Shown here: piece after piece, positions 8,160-16,747 of the stretch
How positions within the stretch are numbered: position 1 is the stretch's first letter
Layout of the letters: each line of letters opens with the position of its first letter
DNA from: Propionibacteriaceae bacterium
Lineage (GTDB): Bacteria; Actinomycetota; Actinomycetes; Propionibacteriales; Propionibacteriaceae
Direction: 5' to 3'
NCBI GenBank assembly: GCA_031256725.1
Contig: JAIRQE010000015.1
Span: forward strand, 90,001 to 122,000
Length of the DNA: 32,000 bases
Made by a program: the position numbers and the translations under genes
The notes under the pieces: generated by a model
Database searches by the model: none
What the model was told of the DNA's origin: nothing
The model's input: only the letters and a program-made list of their open reading frames with translations

Positions 8160-10442
8160 ATGCTCTGGTGGAAAGAAAACCAAGCAGATGATTCGAATAC
8201 AAGTGACGGCGATGCGCGCGAAATAGAGGCAGTCGCTGAAGATGATGCTGCCCAAACACCCGACGCAAAGACCAAGGTCGACTCCGTCGCCAGCGATGGT
8301 ACGGATAGCGATGGTACGGATAAGGAAAGCGCTGAAGAACCTGCCGAAGCCTCAGCTAAAGAAATCGTTGAAGGGTCCAAAGATTCTTCCGAGACCCCCG
8401 AAGCTATCGAAGAGAGCGTGTCCGAAGAGCCGACTAAAGAGGCCACGGGTAAAGCTGATGATGTTCCTGCTGCATCCGAAGACGTGACGACGAAGTCAGT
8501 CGATACCAGTACAGCCAGGGTTGAGGAACCCTCAGAAGTTAAAGAACCAGCAGCAGAAGACAAGTCCACTAAGAAGACCGCTAAGGGCAGTACCAAGAAA
8601 GAAGCTCCTGAAGCTGGTACCCCTACAAAGATTAAAGCGGAAACCAAACTCACATTCGACTGGGGGGTTTCAGACCTCAAGCCGGAGTCGATGCCTCACA
8701 GCATCTGGGCTATTCAGGGAGTACAAGGCCTGGAATTCCTTGCATCTGAGGAAGCGGTATATCTCGAGTCCGAACTTCACACTGGGAAACCCCAGGAAGT
8801 GGCCGAAACCCTAACGGAAACCCCGACTGTGGAAAACCCAGTCGGCGAAACAAATGAGAATGAGACAGTATCGGGCACCGCCGATCAGGCGAAATCTGAG
8901 GAGGCAGCCACCGAAGAGATGCCAACCTTCATGGCGCCCATCGCTTCGACAATGCCAGACGTCTTCGTCTCGGATGCTGCCTCTGGTACCACCGAGACCC
9001 CAGTGGAACCCGTGAAGTTCAAGGTACCTCTGCGGGAAGCCAGTGATACAGATTCACGAAGCAGAGGGTTGGTCACAGCCATTGTGAGCGCCTTATCGGT
9101 GGTTCTGGTCCTGGTCGGTATCTCCGCAACCGGGTTCTTCTTCTTCGAGTCTCATGCAAAGCCGGGTACCCAACTCGCAGGCCACAACATCGGTGGCTTC
9201 TCCGAGGCGCAGATCCGTGACGTTGCTGCGAATATCGCCAAAGGCTACCAGGTGTCCTTCGATCATGAGGGTGAGGTGGTTTCCGCAAAACCCAAGGATC
9301 TGGGCATCACCTTCGACTACAACAAGACCGTATCTCAGGTCATGAGTTCCTCCTCCAACGCGGGTGTAGCCATGAGGTACAACCCCTTCAAGGTCAAGGC
9401 CGTACCCATGGCGATGACCATTAACCAACTCGAATTGGAGGACTACCTCAACGGGTTCTTCGTAGCTGAGGAAGACAGGTCCGTACCAGCTGGGGTCACC
9501 TTCAGCGCGGAGGCTGGGCACTTTGTTCTCGTCCCCGGCATTGAGGGTACCCAAATCGATGCAGTCCAGGCCTCCAAGGCGCTCAACGCTGGTGAAGGTA
9601 CAACCGACCCCATCAAGGTTGTCACTACCACCGAACCTCCAAGGGTCCTTGACGAGGATGCCCAAGTGGTGGTTGATGAGGCCAATGCGCGCCTGAACAA
9701 TGCTCCCTATCTTGTTGGAAACGGTAAAGAGTATTGGATCCCTTGGGATCGACTCGCAACATGGATGATCTTCACCCCAGACATTGACTCTGGAACGATC
9801 GATATCGGTATCGACGAGGAGAAGATTGCAGCCGAGTTGCCTGAGCTTTTGGCGGGCCACTTCACTCAGCCCATGATTGAAGGTGAGCAACTGATACGAC
9901 CAGACGGCGGGGTACTCATCACAAAGAGGGCCGGCAAGAATGGTACAAGGGTCGAAGATCCCAGTGCGGCAGTCGCTGGAGTCGTGGCCGCTCTGACCGA
10001 AGGAAAGCAAGCAGCAATTCCCGTCAACATCGTCGTCCATGAACATACCTCCAAGAGGGTTCCCATGGAGGACAAGTACCTCGTTCCCAATGGCGCAAAA
10101 TGGGCTGAAGTGAATCTTACGACCAGGGTAGTCACCCGCTGGGAGGGTACGACCTATATCAACGAGTGGCCAGTCGTCATCGGTGCACCTGGTACACCCA
10201 CCGTCCCAGGAGTACATCGTGTCTGGCTCAAGGTTAGAAGCCAAAACATGAGTGGTCCTGGTTATTCTATTGACGGTGTCCCCTGGATTGCCTATTTTGA
10301 TGGTGATCGGGCATTCCACGGGAACTGGTGGGCATCCCCAGGAAGAGCAGCCTCCCATGGTTGCGTCGGTCTCACCATAGACCGAGCCAAGGTCATGTTC
10401 GACTGGATCGAGTACGGCACAATGGTTATTGTCCATAACTGA
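8160..10442 (+). CDS. L,D-transpeptidase (YkuD domain) with long acidic N-terminal region
   Basis: 760 aa. GGAGG RBS before the ATG. About 310 aa of acidic low-complexity N-terminus, then TM (VTAIVSALSVVLVLVGISATGFFFF). C-terminal YkuD catalytic motif is HGNWWASPGRAASHGCVGL. Confidence 0.85.
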   Translation: MLWWKENQADDSNTSDGDAREIEAVAEDDAAQTPDAKTKVDSVASDGTDSDGTDKESAEEPAEASAKEIVEGSKDSSETPEAIEESVSEEPTKEATGKADDVPAASEDVTTKSVDTSTARVEEPSEVKEPAAEDKSTKKTAKGSTKKEAPEAGTPTKIKAETKLTFDWGVSDLKPESMPHSIWAIQGVQGLEFLASEEAVYLESELHTGKPQEVAETLTETPTVENPVGETNENETVSGTADQAKSEEAATEEMPTFMAPIASTMPDVFVSDAASGTTETPVEPVKFKVPLREASDTDSRSRGLVTAIVSALSVVLVLVGISATGFFFFESHAKPGTQLAGHNIGGFSEAQIRDVAANIAKGYQVSFDHEGEVVSAKPKDLGITFDYNKTVSQVMSSSSNAGVAMRYNPFKVKAVPMAMTINQLELEDYLNGFFVAEEDRSVPAGVTFSAEAGHFVLVPGIEGTQIDAVQASKALNAGEGTTDPIKVVTTTEPPRVLDEDAQVVVDEANARLNNAPYLVGNGKEYWIPWDRLATWMIFTPDIDSGTIDIGIDEEKIAAELPELLAGHFTQPMIEGEQLIRPDGGVLITKRAGKNGTRVEDPSAAVAGVVAALTEGKQAAIPVNIVVHEHTSKRVPMEDKYLVPNGAKWAEVNLTTRVVTRWEGTTYINEWPVVIGAPGTPTVPGVHRVWLKVRSQNMSGPGYSIDGVPWIAYFDGDRAFHGNWWASPGRAASHGCVGLTIDRAKVMFDWIEYGTMVIVHN

Positions 10443-10558
10443 TCCTTAGTTACCGATAATCCCGTCATCCTGCAGTAGGCTTCGTACTTCATTGCGCGCT
10501 CCTTCTTCAGCCATCCTGCGTTCTTCTTTCCCGTCGTCCTGCGCGTAGTCGCTGGATC

Positions 10559-10636
10559 CAGTTGTTTCCTTTGGAAACAACTCCTCCGTTCGGGGGGACA
10601 GTTTGAGACAGATGTACCCCACCCTCCGCTTGGTGG
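10559..10636 (+). repeat. Intergenic structured repeat, family 1, copy B (5'-truncated)
   Basis: AGTTGTTTCC-TTT-GGAAACAACTCCTCCGTTCGG...AGATGTACCCCACCCTCCGCTTGG. Positions 10610-10633 are identical to 2252-2275 of copy A. Confidence 0.8.
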
Positions 10637-10744
10637 CTACTAACCCGAAATGACTCATGAATGCTTGCACGCTTAGAGAAATGTCAGTGATGGATGAGTC
10701 ATAATGGGTAGTGCGACCAGCGATATTTCTCGAAGGGAGATGGC

Positions 10745-11719
10745 ATGGCACAACAAGGATGGTATCCAGATCCGGGTGGACAGCCTGGGATGTTTCGGTA
10801 CTGGGATGGTAGCGCTTGGTCTGAGTCCCTATCGCCCACACCACTGCCAGGACCTCCTCAGCAGTCTGGTGCTGCTCCGGGCCCTGCCAGTTCGAGTACT
10901 CCTGGATATGATCCGACGAAACCCCTGATCATGGGGCAGTCGTACGCCACAGGTCAGGCTCAATCCCCCTATGGGCAATACCAAGCTTCCTCGGAGGCTT
11001 CCCCCAAGAAGCGTGTGGGACTGTGGGTCACTGCGGGTATCGGAGTTGTCGTATTAGCCCTTGTGATCTATGCGGCTGTGAACATCTTTAAACTTGCTTC
11101 GATTGATCCCCTTGAGGATCCTGATCCTGGGGTAGGGGTACCCACCACTGCGATGTGCCCCGAGCGAAAGTTCGACCTAGAACGGCGAGAGCATCCCATA
11201 GATGGACGAGTTTATGGGGGTTCGCTGTCATACCCCATGCTCGGTTCTCCCTGGAGCAAAGTGCGTACCCTAGAAACCCGACTCCCCTTCGGGCGTGATA
11301 TTGCTGATCAGGTTATTGTTATTCACGAAGACTATGAACCATACTCGGACTGGGTTACTTCTGTGCTGGTGGGCGAACTTTATGCTGGCGATGGATTCTA
11401 CAACCCAGAAAAGGGCTCAGAAATCGTCAACAAATGTATTATCGGCGGTGGATTCTATGGCGAAAATAACCTGATCACTTCAGAGGTTTTGGTTTCAGAG
11501 CGCTTCGATATCGACGGGTACCCAGGCTGGATCACCAAAACAAACCTGAGCTTCGAGATTCCCAATCTTCCAACAACCTCAGAATTATCAATCGTGATCA
11601 TCGTAAAAACCTCAGAGATGTCCTCATCAATCTTCTACGCTTCAATCCCCAATGATGCGATGGAGTACCTACCTGACATAGAACGAGCAATCGAAGAACT
11701 ACAAGTCACCCCATCCTAG
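10745..11719 (+). CDS. DUF2510 domain-containing membrane protein
   Basis: N-terminal GWYPDPGGQPGMFRYWDGSAWSE (DUF2510 signature), a Pro/Gln/Ser-rich linker, a TM (VGLWVTAGIGVVVLALVIYAAV), and an unassigned extracellular domain of about 200 aa. GGGAGA RBS. Confidence 0.75.
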   Translation: MAQQGWYPDPGGQPGMFRYWDGSAWSESLSPTPLPGPPQQSGAAPGPASSSTPGYDPTKPLIMGQSYATGQAQSPYGQYQASSEASPKKRVGLWVTAGIGVVVLALVIYAAVNIFKLASIDPLEDPDPGVGVPTTAMCPERKFDLERREHPIDGRVYGGSLSYPMLGSPWSKVRTLETRLPFGRDIADQVIVIHEDYEPYSDWVTSVLVGELYAGDGFYNPEKGSEIVNKCIIGGGFYGENNLITSEVLVSERFDIDGYPGWITKTNLSFEIPNLPTTSELSIVIIVKTSEMSSSIFYASIPNDAMEYLPDIERAIEELQVTPS

Positions 11720-14700
11720 CCGGTAGCGTACGAAGGGATGAGAGTGTCGATTGAGAAAGCGTCGAACTCGACACGGTTGGCTTGGGCGTCGCTCATAGCG
11801 AAATAGGTCTCGACGTTCCCTCGTACCTGTTCCCAGACATTCGAATTCCAAGTGGGATCGATAATCAACCATCGTCCATCAAGCTTCACCTTGTTCCAGG
11901 CATGACCCAGGGAGGGATCACCGTCGGTGTAGCCGGTGATGTTTATAGCTGTCAGACCAGCGGTATCAGCAAGAAGTTTGAAGGAGGCACTATAGGAGGA
12001 GCAGACCCCCTTGCCGTCAAGGAGTACTCCTTCGGCATCCCAAGCATTAGGGTGGTTCTCCAGGAATTCATCACGGGTACGACTCTTGCCAGTGGCCCAA
12101 TTCGCAGCAGCATTATCGTAAACAGCATTGGTGGCGAGGTACCGGTTGATGGCGGATGCCTTCTGCCAATCGTTCATTCCGGGGTTAATGATTGCAGCCA
12201 TGATGGAGTCAACTTTGGCTTTGAGTCGTGCCGCAGATTCGATGCGTTCCTGGTAGGTCATCTCGTAGTGAACATAGAGGATGGTACCCCTGACACCAAC
12301 AACCGGGAACATGTCTGTGATGTAAGGGTTCTGGAGGTAGGCCTCATTCGCGGCATCGTAGATGAGTGGTGCCTGCGGGTCGTCAAGGAATTGGCTCAGG
12401 TCTATGGCGGCCTGTCCAGCGAAAAGGTTGGCGGCGATGTACTTCACCATCTCGGAACTACCGTTCCAGGTATAGGGAGCCTCAGGGGCCTGGGTCGAAA
12501 CTGTCAGTCCTTGCGCATATATCTTGAGTTGGGCATCGTCTAGGACTGTGAGGTCTTCAGCCACTCCCCGTTCATAGAGGGTACGCAAGCCGAGGCTGCT
12601 TCCCAAGTTTGAGATTTCTGTGTACGAGGCCCCACCTTCGGTGGTGATCATCTCGGTGAGGAGGGTGCCCTGTACCCCGTATGTGAGGGCGATGGTTGAC
12701 CTGTCGGGCGCAGAGACCAGGGTGCGTGCCTGGGTGGGATAGAAGGAGGTACTGCAGTCACCCATCGTGACAGGGAATTCTTCAGGAATCAGGATCGGGT
12801 TCTTTGAGGTTTCCTGGATCTCGGTGAGAGTGTTGATGGCTGTCTTTGTGGGTGTCTTGCGAATCAGGTCTCGACCGTCATGGAATTGGGCGAAAGAGGT
12901 CTCCTGATCTTCGCTGACTGCAAGGACTGTGAACTGTGGGTACTGCAACATGGAGTCGTCCCAGGCAGGGGGCTCTAGTCCCTGATAGGAGTCATCCTGG
13001 GGGGCGCAAACCCCATAGTCTGAGGTGTAGGCCGTGAATACAGAGTTGTAAGAGGAAGCAGGTTGGCTGTTTTGACGCTGGTTGTGGTAACCCATGTCGT
13101 TGCTGCTTGCCAGCCACTTGGTCGCTTCCCCATCCACGACACCGATGAGGGTCATCTGGGACGTGGTTTGATCGCCGAGGGGTCTGGGCATGGTGGTGAG
13201 AATGAAGTACTCTGTCGCATCCTCGACGGGTTCCCACTCGAATAAGGGTACCCCATCCTCACTGACTCTCATTGTGAAATTCGGGTTGCTTAGGGATCGA
13301 GCATGTGGTTCAACTGTGTAGATGTGAACCCTGGGGGTCTTGAGGGTTGTACCCCAGAATCCTTGAAGTTGGGCGACGTAATAGGTTCCGGCTGGCCATA
13401 ACCCAGTGATGCCGATGGAACGGTCCTTGCCCTGATAATTGGGGTTGGCTTCCAGTATTGAGGCTTTGGGGGAGAAGTGAACCTTGTGCCCGAGGATTGT
13501 GAAAGTATCACTTGTGCTGACATGGGTGAGGGGGACAGTGAGTTGCGGGTCGGAATAGACTTGTACAGCTTCAGACCATGGGTTGGGGGTTCTTTCATGA
13601 ATGTCTGAGACGAACCATGGCAAGGAGATTGACCAACTTGTATCAGCTGGTACTGCTTTCTGGGAGACGATGGTGTACCCATGTTCGGACTTTTGCCATC
13701 CCAGTCGTGGTAAAAAGGTGATCATGGCACCAATGAGTGCGATAGCGAGGACCACTGATCCTGCAACGGTCAAAATCCAGCGAACATTGACGGTTCTCTT
13801 CCTTGTGGGATGCTGGAGTGATTTCGTGGGTCGGTAGGGCTGTTGGCCTGGGGCGTACCCGTTTGTTGGGGGTCGGGATAAGGCTGAGGATAGGGGCTCT
13901 GTCAGGGGTGCCGAGAGGTTGATGGGGGAGGGTTGTACTCCTGGCCCAGGTGGTGGGAAGGAGACGAGTGAGCGCTGGTAGATGGGGGCCACGCCTGGTG
14001 TGGGACGTGGGCCTGTACCCTGGGTGAATTCTGGGGCTGGAGGTAGCTCCCAGTCAGAGGACTCGGTTTCGAGCGCATCGGAGATCCGTATGGTGTTAGT
14101 CGACTGACTAGGTGAATCAGGGGGTGGGCTTTGGCTTGGCGTAGAAAGCGGTGCTTCTCGTACGGGCGCTGGATTTGGTACAGGGGGAACTCTTGTGGGT
14201 TGACCACCGTGTGGTTCGGGTGTGATGGGTGTGGAACTAGGCGACGGTTCTCCGGGGTCAACGCGGGGAGGTTCAACAGGATTCTGTGATGGTCGAGGTC
14301 GTGGGCGTCGACCCACAGTGGGACGAACCCGAGGGGAGGGAGCTTCCATGGGCCGCCACGGTCGTGCTGGACGCGGAGGGCCTAAGGCTGTTGGATCACC
14401 AACCTCTTCCGATCCGACACCCGCTGGGGGTGTAACAATCCAAGGAAGGCTTGCTGGATTGGGTCTTTCCCTGGTCACTGGAGGTGGGGGAAAGGAATCA
14501 TCTACAGTGGGGGTTGGCGCTGTAACCGTGGCCTTATCTTCAGCAGGGGTTGATTCAGGTGTAGGTTCGTCCACAGGGGAGACCTGGACATCTACAGGTA
14601 CCCCAAGATCAGTTACGGGTGGTTCGGAGGTAAGGGCGCTTGCCCAGACCGCTGGGAGATCCCCAACTGGTTGTATCCGAGGAGTCTCTGGTGTTGCAGG

Positions 14701-14775
14701 TGTGGGGGTATCTGCGGGCAACCCATCATTTCCTGGCGAAAAACCAGGATCAAAGGGTCGTGTTCCTCCCTCCAC
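11716..14775 (-). CDS. transglutaminase-like domain membrane protein with proline-rich N-terminus
   Basis: 1019 aa. About 335 aa of Pro-rich N-terminus, then a single TM (WILTVAGSVVLAIALIGAMITFL). C-terminal transglutaminase core is GVCSSYSASFKLLADTAGL...GHAWNKVKLDGRWLIIDPTW (Cys-His-Asp). Confidence 0.85.
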   Translation of the reverse strand: MEGGTRPFDPGFSPGNDGLPADTPTPATPETPRIQPVGDLPAVWASALTSEPPVTDLGVPVDVQVSPVDEPTPESTPAEDKATVTAPTPTVDDSFPPPPVTRERPNPASLPWIVTPPAGVGSEEVGDPTALGPPRPARPWRPMEAPSPRVRPTVGRRPRPRPSQNPVEPPRVDPGEPSPSSTPITPEPHGGQPTRVPPVPNPAPVREAPLSTPSQSPPPDSPSQSTNTIRISDALETESSDWELPPAPEFTQGTGPRPTPGVAPIYQRSLVSFPPPGPGVQPSPINLSAPLTEPLSSALSRPPTNGYAPGQQPYRPTKSLQHPTRKRTVNVRWILTVAGSVVLAIALIGAMITFLPRLGWQKSEHGYTIVSQKAVPADTSWSISLPWFVSDIHERTPNPWSEAVQVYSDPQLTVPLTHVSTSDTFTILGHKVHFSPKASILEANPNYQGKDRSIGITGLWPAGTYYVAQLQGFWGTTLKTPRVHIYTVEPHARSLSNPNFTMRVSEDGVPLFEWEPVEDATEYFILTTMPRPLGDQTTSQMTLIGVVDGEATKWLASSNDMGYHNQRQNSQPASSYNSVFTAYTSDYGVCAPQDDSYQGLEPPAWDDSMLQYPQFTVLAVSEDQETSFAQFHDGRDLIRKTPTKTAINTLTEIQETSKNPILIPEEFPVTMGDCSTSFYPTQARTLVSAPDRSTIALTYGVQGTLLTEMITTEGGASYTEISNLGSSLGLRTLYERGVAEDLTVLDDAQLKIYAQGLTVSTQAPEAPYTWNGSSEMVKYIAANLFAGQAAIDLSQFLDDPQAPLIYDAANEAYLQNPYITDMFPVVGVRGTILYVHYEMTYQERIESAARLKAKVDSIMAAIINPGMNDWQKASAINRYLATNAVYDNAAANWATGKSRTRDEFLENHPNAWDAEGVLLDGKGVCSSYSASFKLLADTAGLTAINITGYTDGDPSLGHAWNKVKLDGRWLIIDPTWNSNVWEQVRGNVETYFAMSDAQANRVEFDAFSIDTLIPSYATG

Positions 14776-14821
14776 AAAACCTCCTAGAAACGATTCCTCG
14801 TAATTTTACCATTGGAATGTA

Positions 14822-16456
14822 ATGATATTCCCCGGAAACCAGGAATCCACTACACTTAGGTATACGAATGTTGTGAACGGAAATACTATGAGTTCCTTTG
14901 ATCCCGAGAATCCTATGTCGTACTCTAGGCCCCTGGATGGTATTCAACCCCCATATCCAGGAGAGATACCCCCGTGGGAGACCACTTCTCCCAGCCCTGA
15001 GGCTCCCCCGTGGGCTGCGGAAGTACCACCTCCTCCAGTTGAGGCTCCCGCATGGGCGCCTGCTTCAGCGGGCCCAGCACCCTGGGAGGTTCCTGCGACC
15101 CCTCCAATGGCGGTACAAGATCAGGTAGCCACACCAGAGCCCTATGGTGCTCCAGAGGCCGCACAGGTACCCCCGTGGGCAGTCCCCGCATCCCCTGAAC
15201 CCAATGTGCCCGAAACTCCCTGGACTCGACCATCTCCCGAACCTAGTGTGCCTGAAACTCCATGGACTCAACCTACCGATTCACAGGTATCCCCATGGGC
15301 TGCTGAGATTCCAGAGCCAACTCTTGATCCAACTGCCTACCAACCTTCGGTTGAGGTACCCGTGGCTCAGGATTATCCGCCAGTTGTACCATCATGGGAG
15401 GTGCCCTCTCCTGATCCTGTGGCCACACCAACAGACTTCCCACTAGTAGAGTCGGGATGGGGCGCGCAGCCTGGTATCCCCCCAATGGAGCCAGGGATTT
15501 CTTCGGTACCCTCAATGGATCTGGGGCCCATCCCTCCATTGGAAATGCCAGTCAGTGATCTGGGGTCTGTACCTTCCACGAATCCCATGGAGGCCTATCA
15601 GCCACCAGTATCATGGGAGGCATCCGTCGCTAATCCTACGATTACTCCACAGTGGGCTTCCGAGGTACCCGTCGTTCCCCAGGTAGCAGTTGAGGTACCC
15701 CAGGTACCCGAGATGCCCCATGTTCCTGAAGTTCCTCAGGTACCTGAGGTTCCCCAGGTACCCCAGTGGAGTCCCGGAAACGAATCAGAGGTCCCAGGAT
15801 TCGTCAGTCAAGCACCCGTGGAGCAGACACCTCCATTCGTGGTGGAGGTACCACCCCCCTGGGCTTCCGAGGTACCAACTGAGGTACCACCTGCATGGGC
15901 TTCCACCCAAGCTCAGCCACCTGCAGCGCCACCATGGGCACTCCCGGCAGACGAGGTGCCATCAGTACAGCCGCCAACTCCAGTACAGCAGCCTCTCCAG
16001 TGGCAGGCCGACCAAACTCAGGTCCCCTATTTAGGTCAGCCTGGTCAGTACCCGCCTATGGGTCAGCCTCCAACTGTGGGTTATGCTCAGCCAAAGATGG
16101 ATCTGGGGTTTCCAACTGCACCTGGTGGTGGGTACCAGCCCTATGATCCGGAGGCTCGGTATGCTCCGGTACCCGTACACGGCAAACTCATTCAGCCCTA
16201 TGCGACCTTGCCACATGAGAAGAATGGGATCTGTATCGCATCCATGGTTCTTGGAATAGTGTCCATCGTGACCTGTTTGGGTTTCATTACGGGTATCCCT
16301 GCGATTATCTTGGGTGCCCAGGGCCAAAAGTGGGCCGCTCAGGGCCGTGCGACGAATAAGTCGATGGCCACTGCCGGTCTGATCATGGGTGTCATTGGTA
16401 CTGTTCTTGCAGGAGCCATGTGGTACGTCGCAAGCGTGTTTCCTTATTACTTCTGA
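14822..16456 (+). CDS. proline-rich repeat protein with C-terminal DUF4190 membrane domain
   Basis: 544 aa. 17 Trp residues, nearly all in P/A/S-W-A/E/T context. C-terminus ICIASMVLGIVSIVTCLGFITGIPAIILGAQG...AGLIMGVIGTVL matches the DUF4190 pattern. Start is uncertain (ATG 14822 or 14888). Confidence 0.7.
   Translation: MIFPGNQESTTLRYTNVVNGNTMSSFDPENPMSYSRPLDGIQPPYPGEIPPWETTSPSPEAPPWAAEVPPPPVEAPAWAPASAGPAPWEVPATPPMAVQDQVATPEPYGAPEAAQVPPWAVPASPEPNVPETPWTRPSPEPSVPETPWTQPTDSQVSPWAAEIPEPTLDPTAYQPSVEVPVAQDYPPVVPSWEVPSPDPVATPTDFPLVESGWGAQPGIPPMEPGISSVPSMDLGPIPPLEMPVSDLGSVPSTNPMEAYQPPVSWEASVANPTITPQWASEVPVVPQVAVEVPQVPEMPHVPEVPQVPEVPQVPQWSPGNESEVPGFVSQAPVEQTPPFVVEVPPPWASEVPTEVPPAWASTQAQPPAAPPWALPADEVPSVQPPTPVQQPLQWQADQTQVPYLGQPGQYPPMGQPPTVGYAQPKMDLGFPTAPGGGYQPYDPEARYAPVPVHGKLIQPYATLPHEKNGICIASMVLGIVSIVTCLGFITGIPAIILGAQGQKWAAQGRATNKSMATAGLIMGVIGTVLAGAMWYVASVFPYYF
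15695..15766 (+). repeat. Eight tandem 9-bp (Val/Met-Pro-X) units inside the proline-rich gene
   Basis: GTACCCCAG GTACCCGAG ATGCCCCAT GTTCCTGAA GTTCCTCAG GTACCTGAG GTTCCCCAG GTACCCCAG, in frame (VPQVPEMPHVPEVPQVPEVPQVPQ). Confidence 0.85.
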
Positions 16457-16473
16457 TAATCCTGCAGTGTTGG

Positions 16474-16565
16474 GGGTGTCAGGGGACGTATCTCCTGACA
16501 CTCTGATTTCAAGACATCCTGGCACATCATCCTCAAAGTGCCAGGAGATACGTCCCCTGACACCC
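16474..16565. mobile_element. MITE-like palindromic element, family 2, copy 1 (92 bp)
   Basis: Perfect 24-bp terminal inverted repeats: GGGTGTCAGGGGACGTATCTCCTG (16474-16497) and CAGGAGATACGTCCCCTGACACCC (16542-16565). No coding capacity. A second copy lies at 19494-19584. Confidence 0.75.
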
Positions 16566-16747
16566 GTTCCCATCGAAAAGAGTTTGGAGGCTTTTCGGCT
16601 CGGTGTGGGGCGCCGAAACCCCACCACCGTGGGTGGGTCCTTGCCATTTGGGACAGTTGAACGGAGTTTCGCATGGAATCTTTTGGTCAGCTATTGTTAG
16701 TCTGAGTTGTCTATGCTTACTCCTAGTAGTTGAGGGAAGGTGACTGT

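Noticed and set aside
9093-10436. 447-aa minus-strand ORF, with similar long antisense ORFs at 1524..2024, 8114..8680, 19818..20603, 22679..23320 and 11782..12543
   Set aside because: Each lies entirely opposite a gene with clear family motifs (YkuD, permease, IspE, ArgS, transglutaminase). Their translations are low-complexity or Arg/Ser/Gly-rich shadow-frame products with no recognisable motif.
10452-10478. Shared motif GATAATCC..CCTGCAGT just after two stop codons (10455-10476 and 16454-16468)
   Set aside because: Only two short 8-mers with a 6-nt indel, and no further flanking similarity. Could be chance or a target-site preference; not enough to call.
10446-10844. ORFs spanning the intergenic repeats (10446..10844 -, 2071..2544 -, 16031..16627 -, 19335..19646 +, 24300..24701 -)
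   Set aside because: They cross family-1 or family-2 repeat copies in different frames and strands from copy to copy, so the repeats are not a conserved coding module. They also overlap better-supported genes.
16600-16685. Possible fifth, degenerate family-1 copy after MITE copy 1 (CCCCACCACCGTGGGTGGG hairpin, GGGACAGTT, GAACGGAGTTTC)
   Set aside because: Only short blocks match and their order fits neither orientation cleanly. Left as a hint in the composite finding, not called as a feature.
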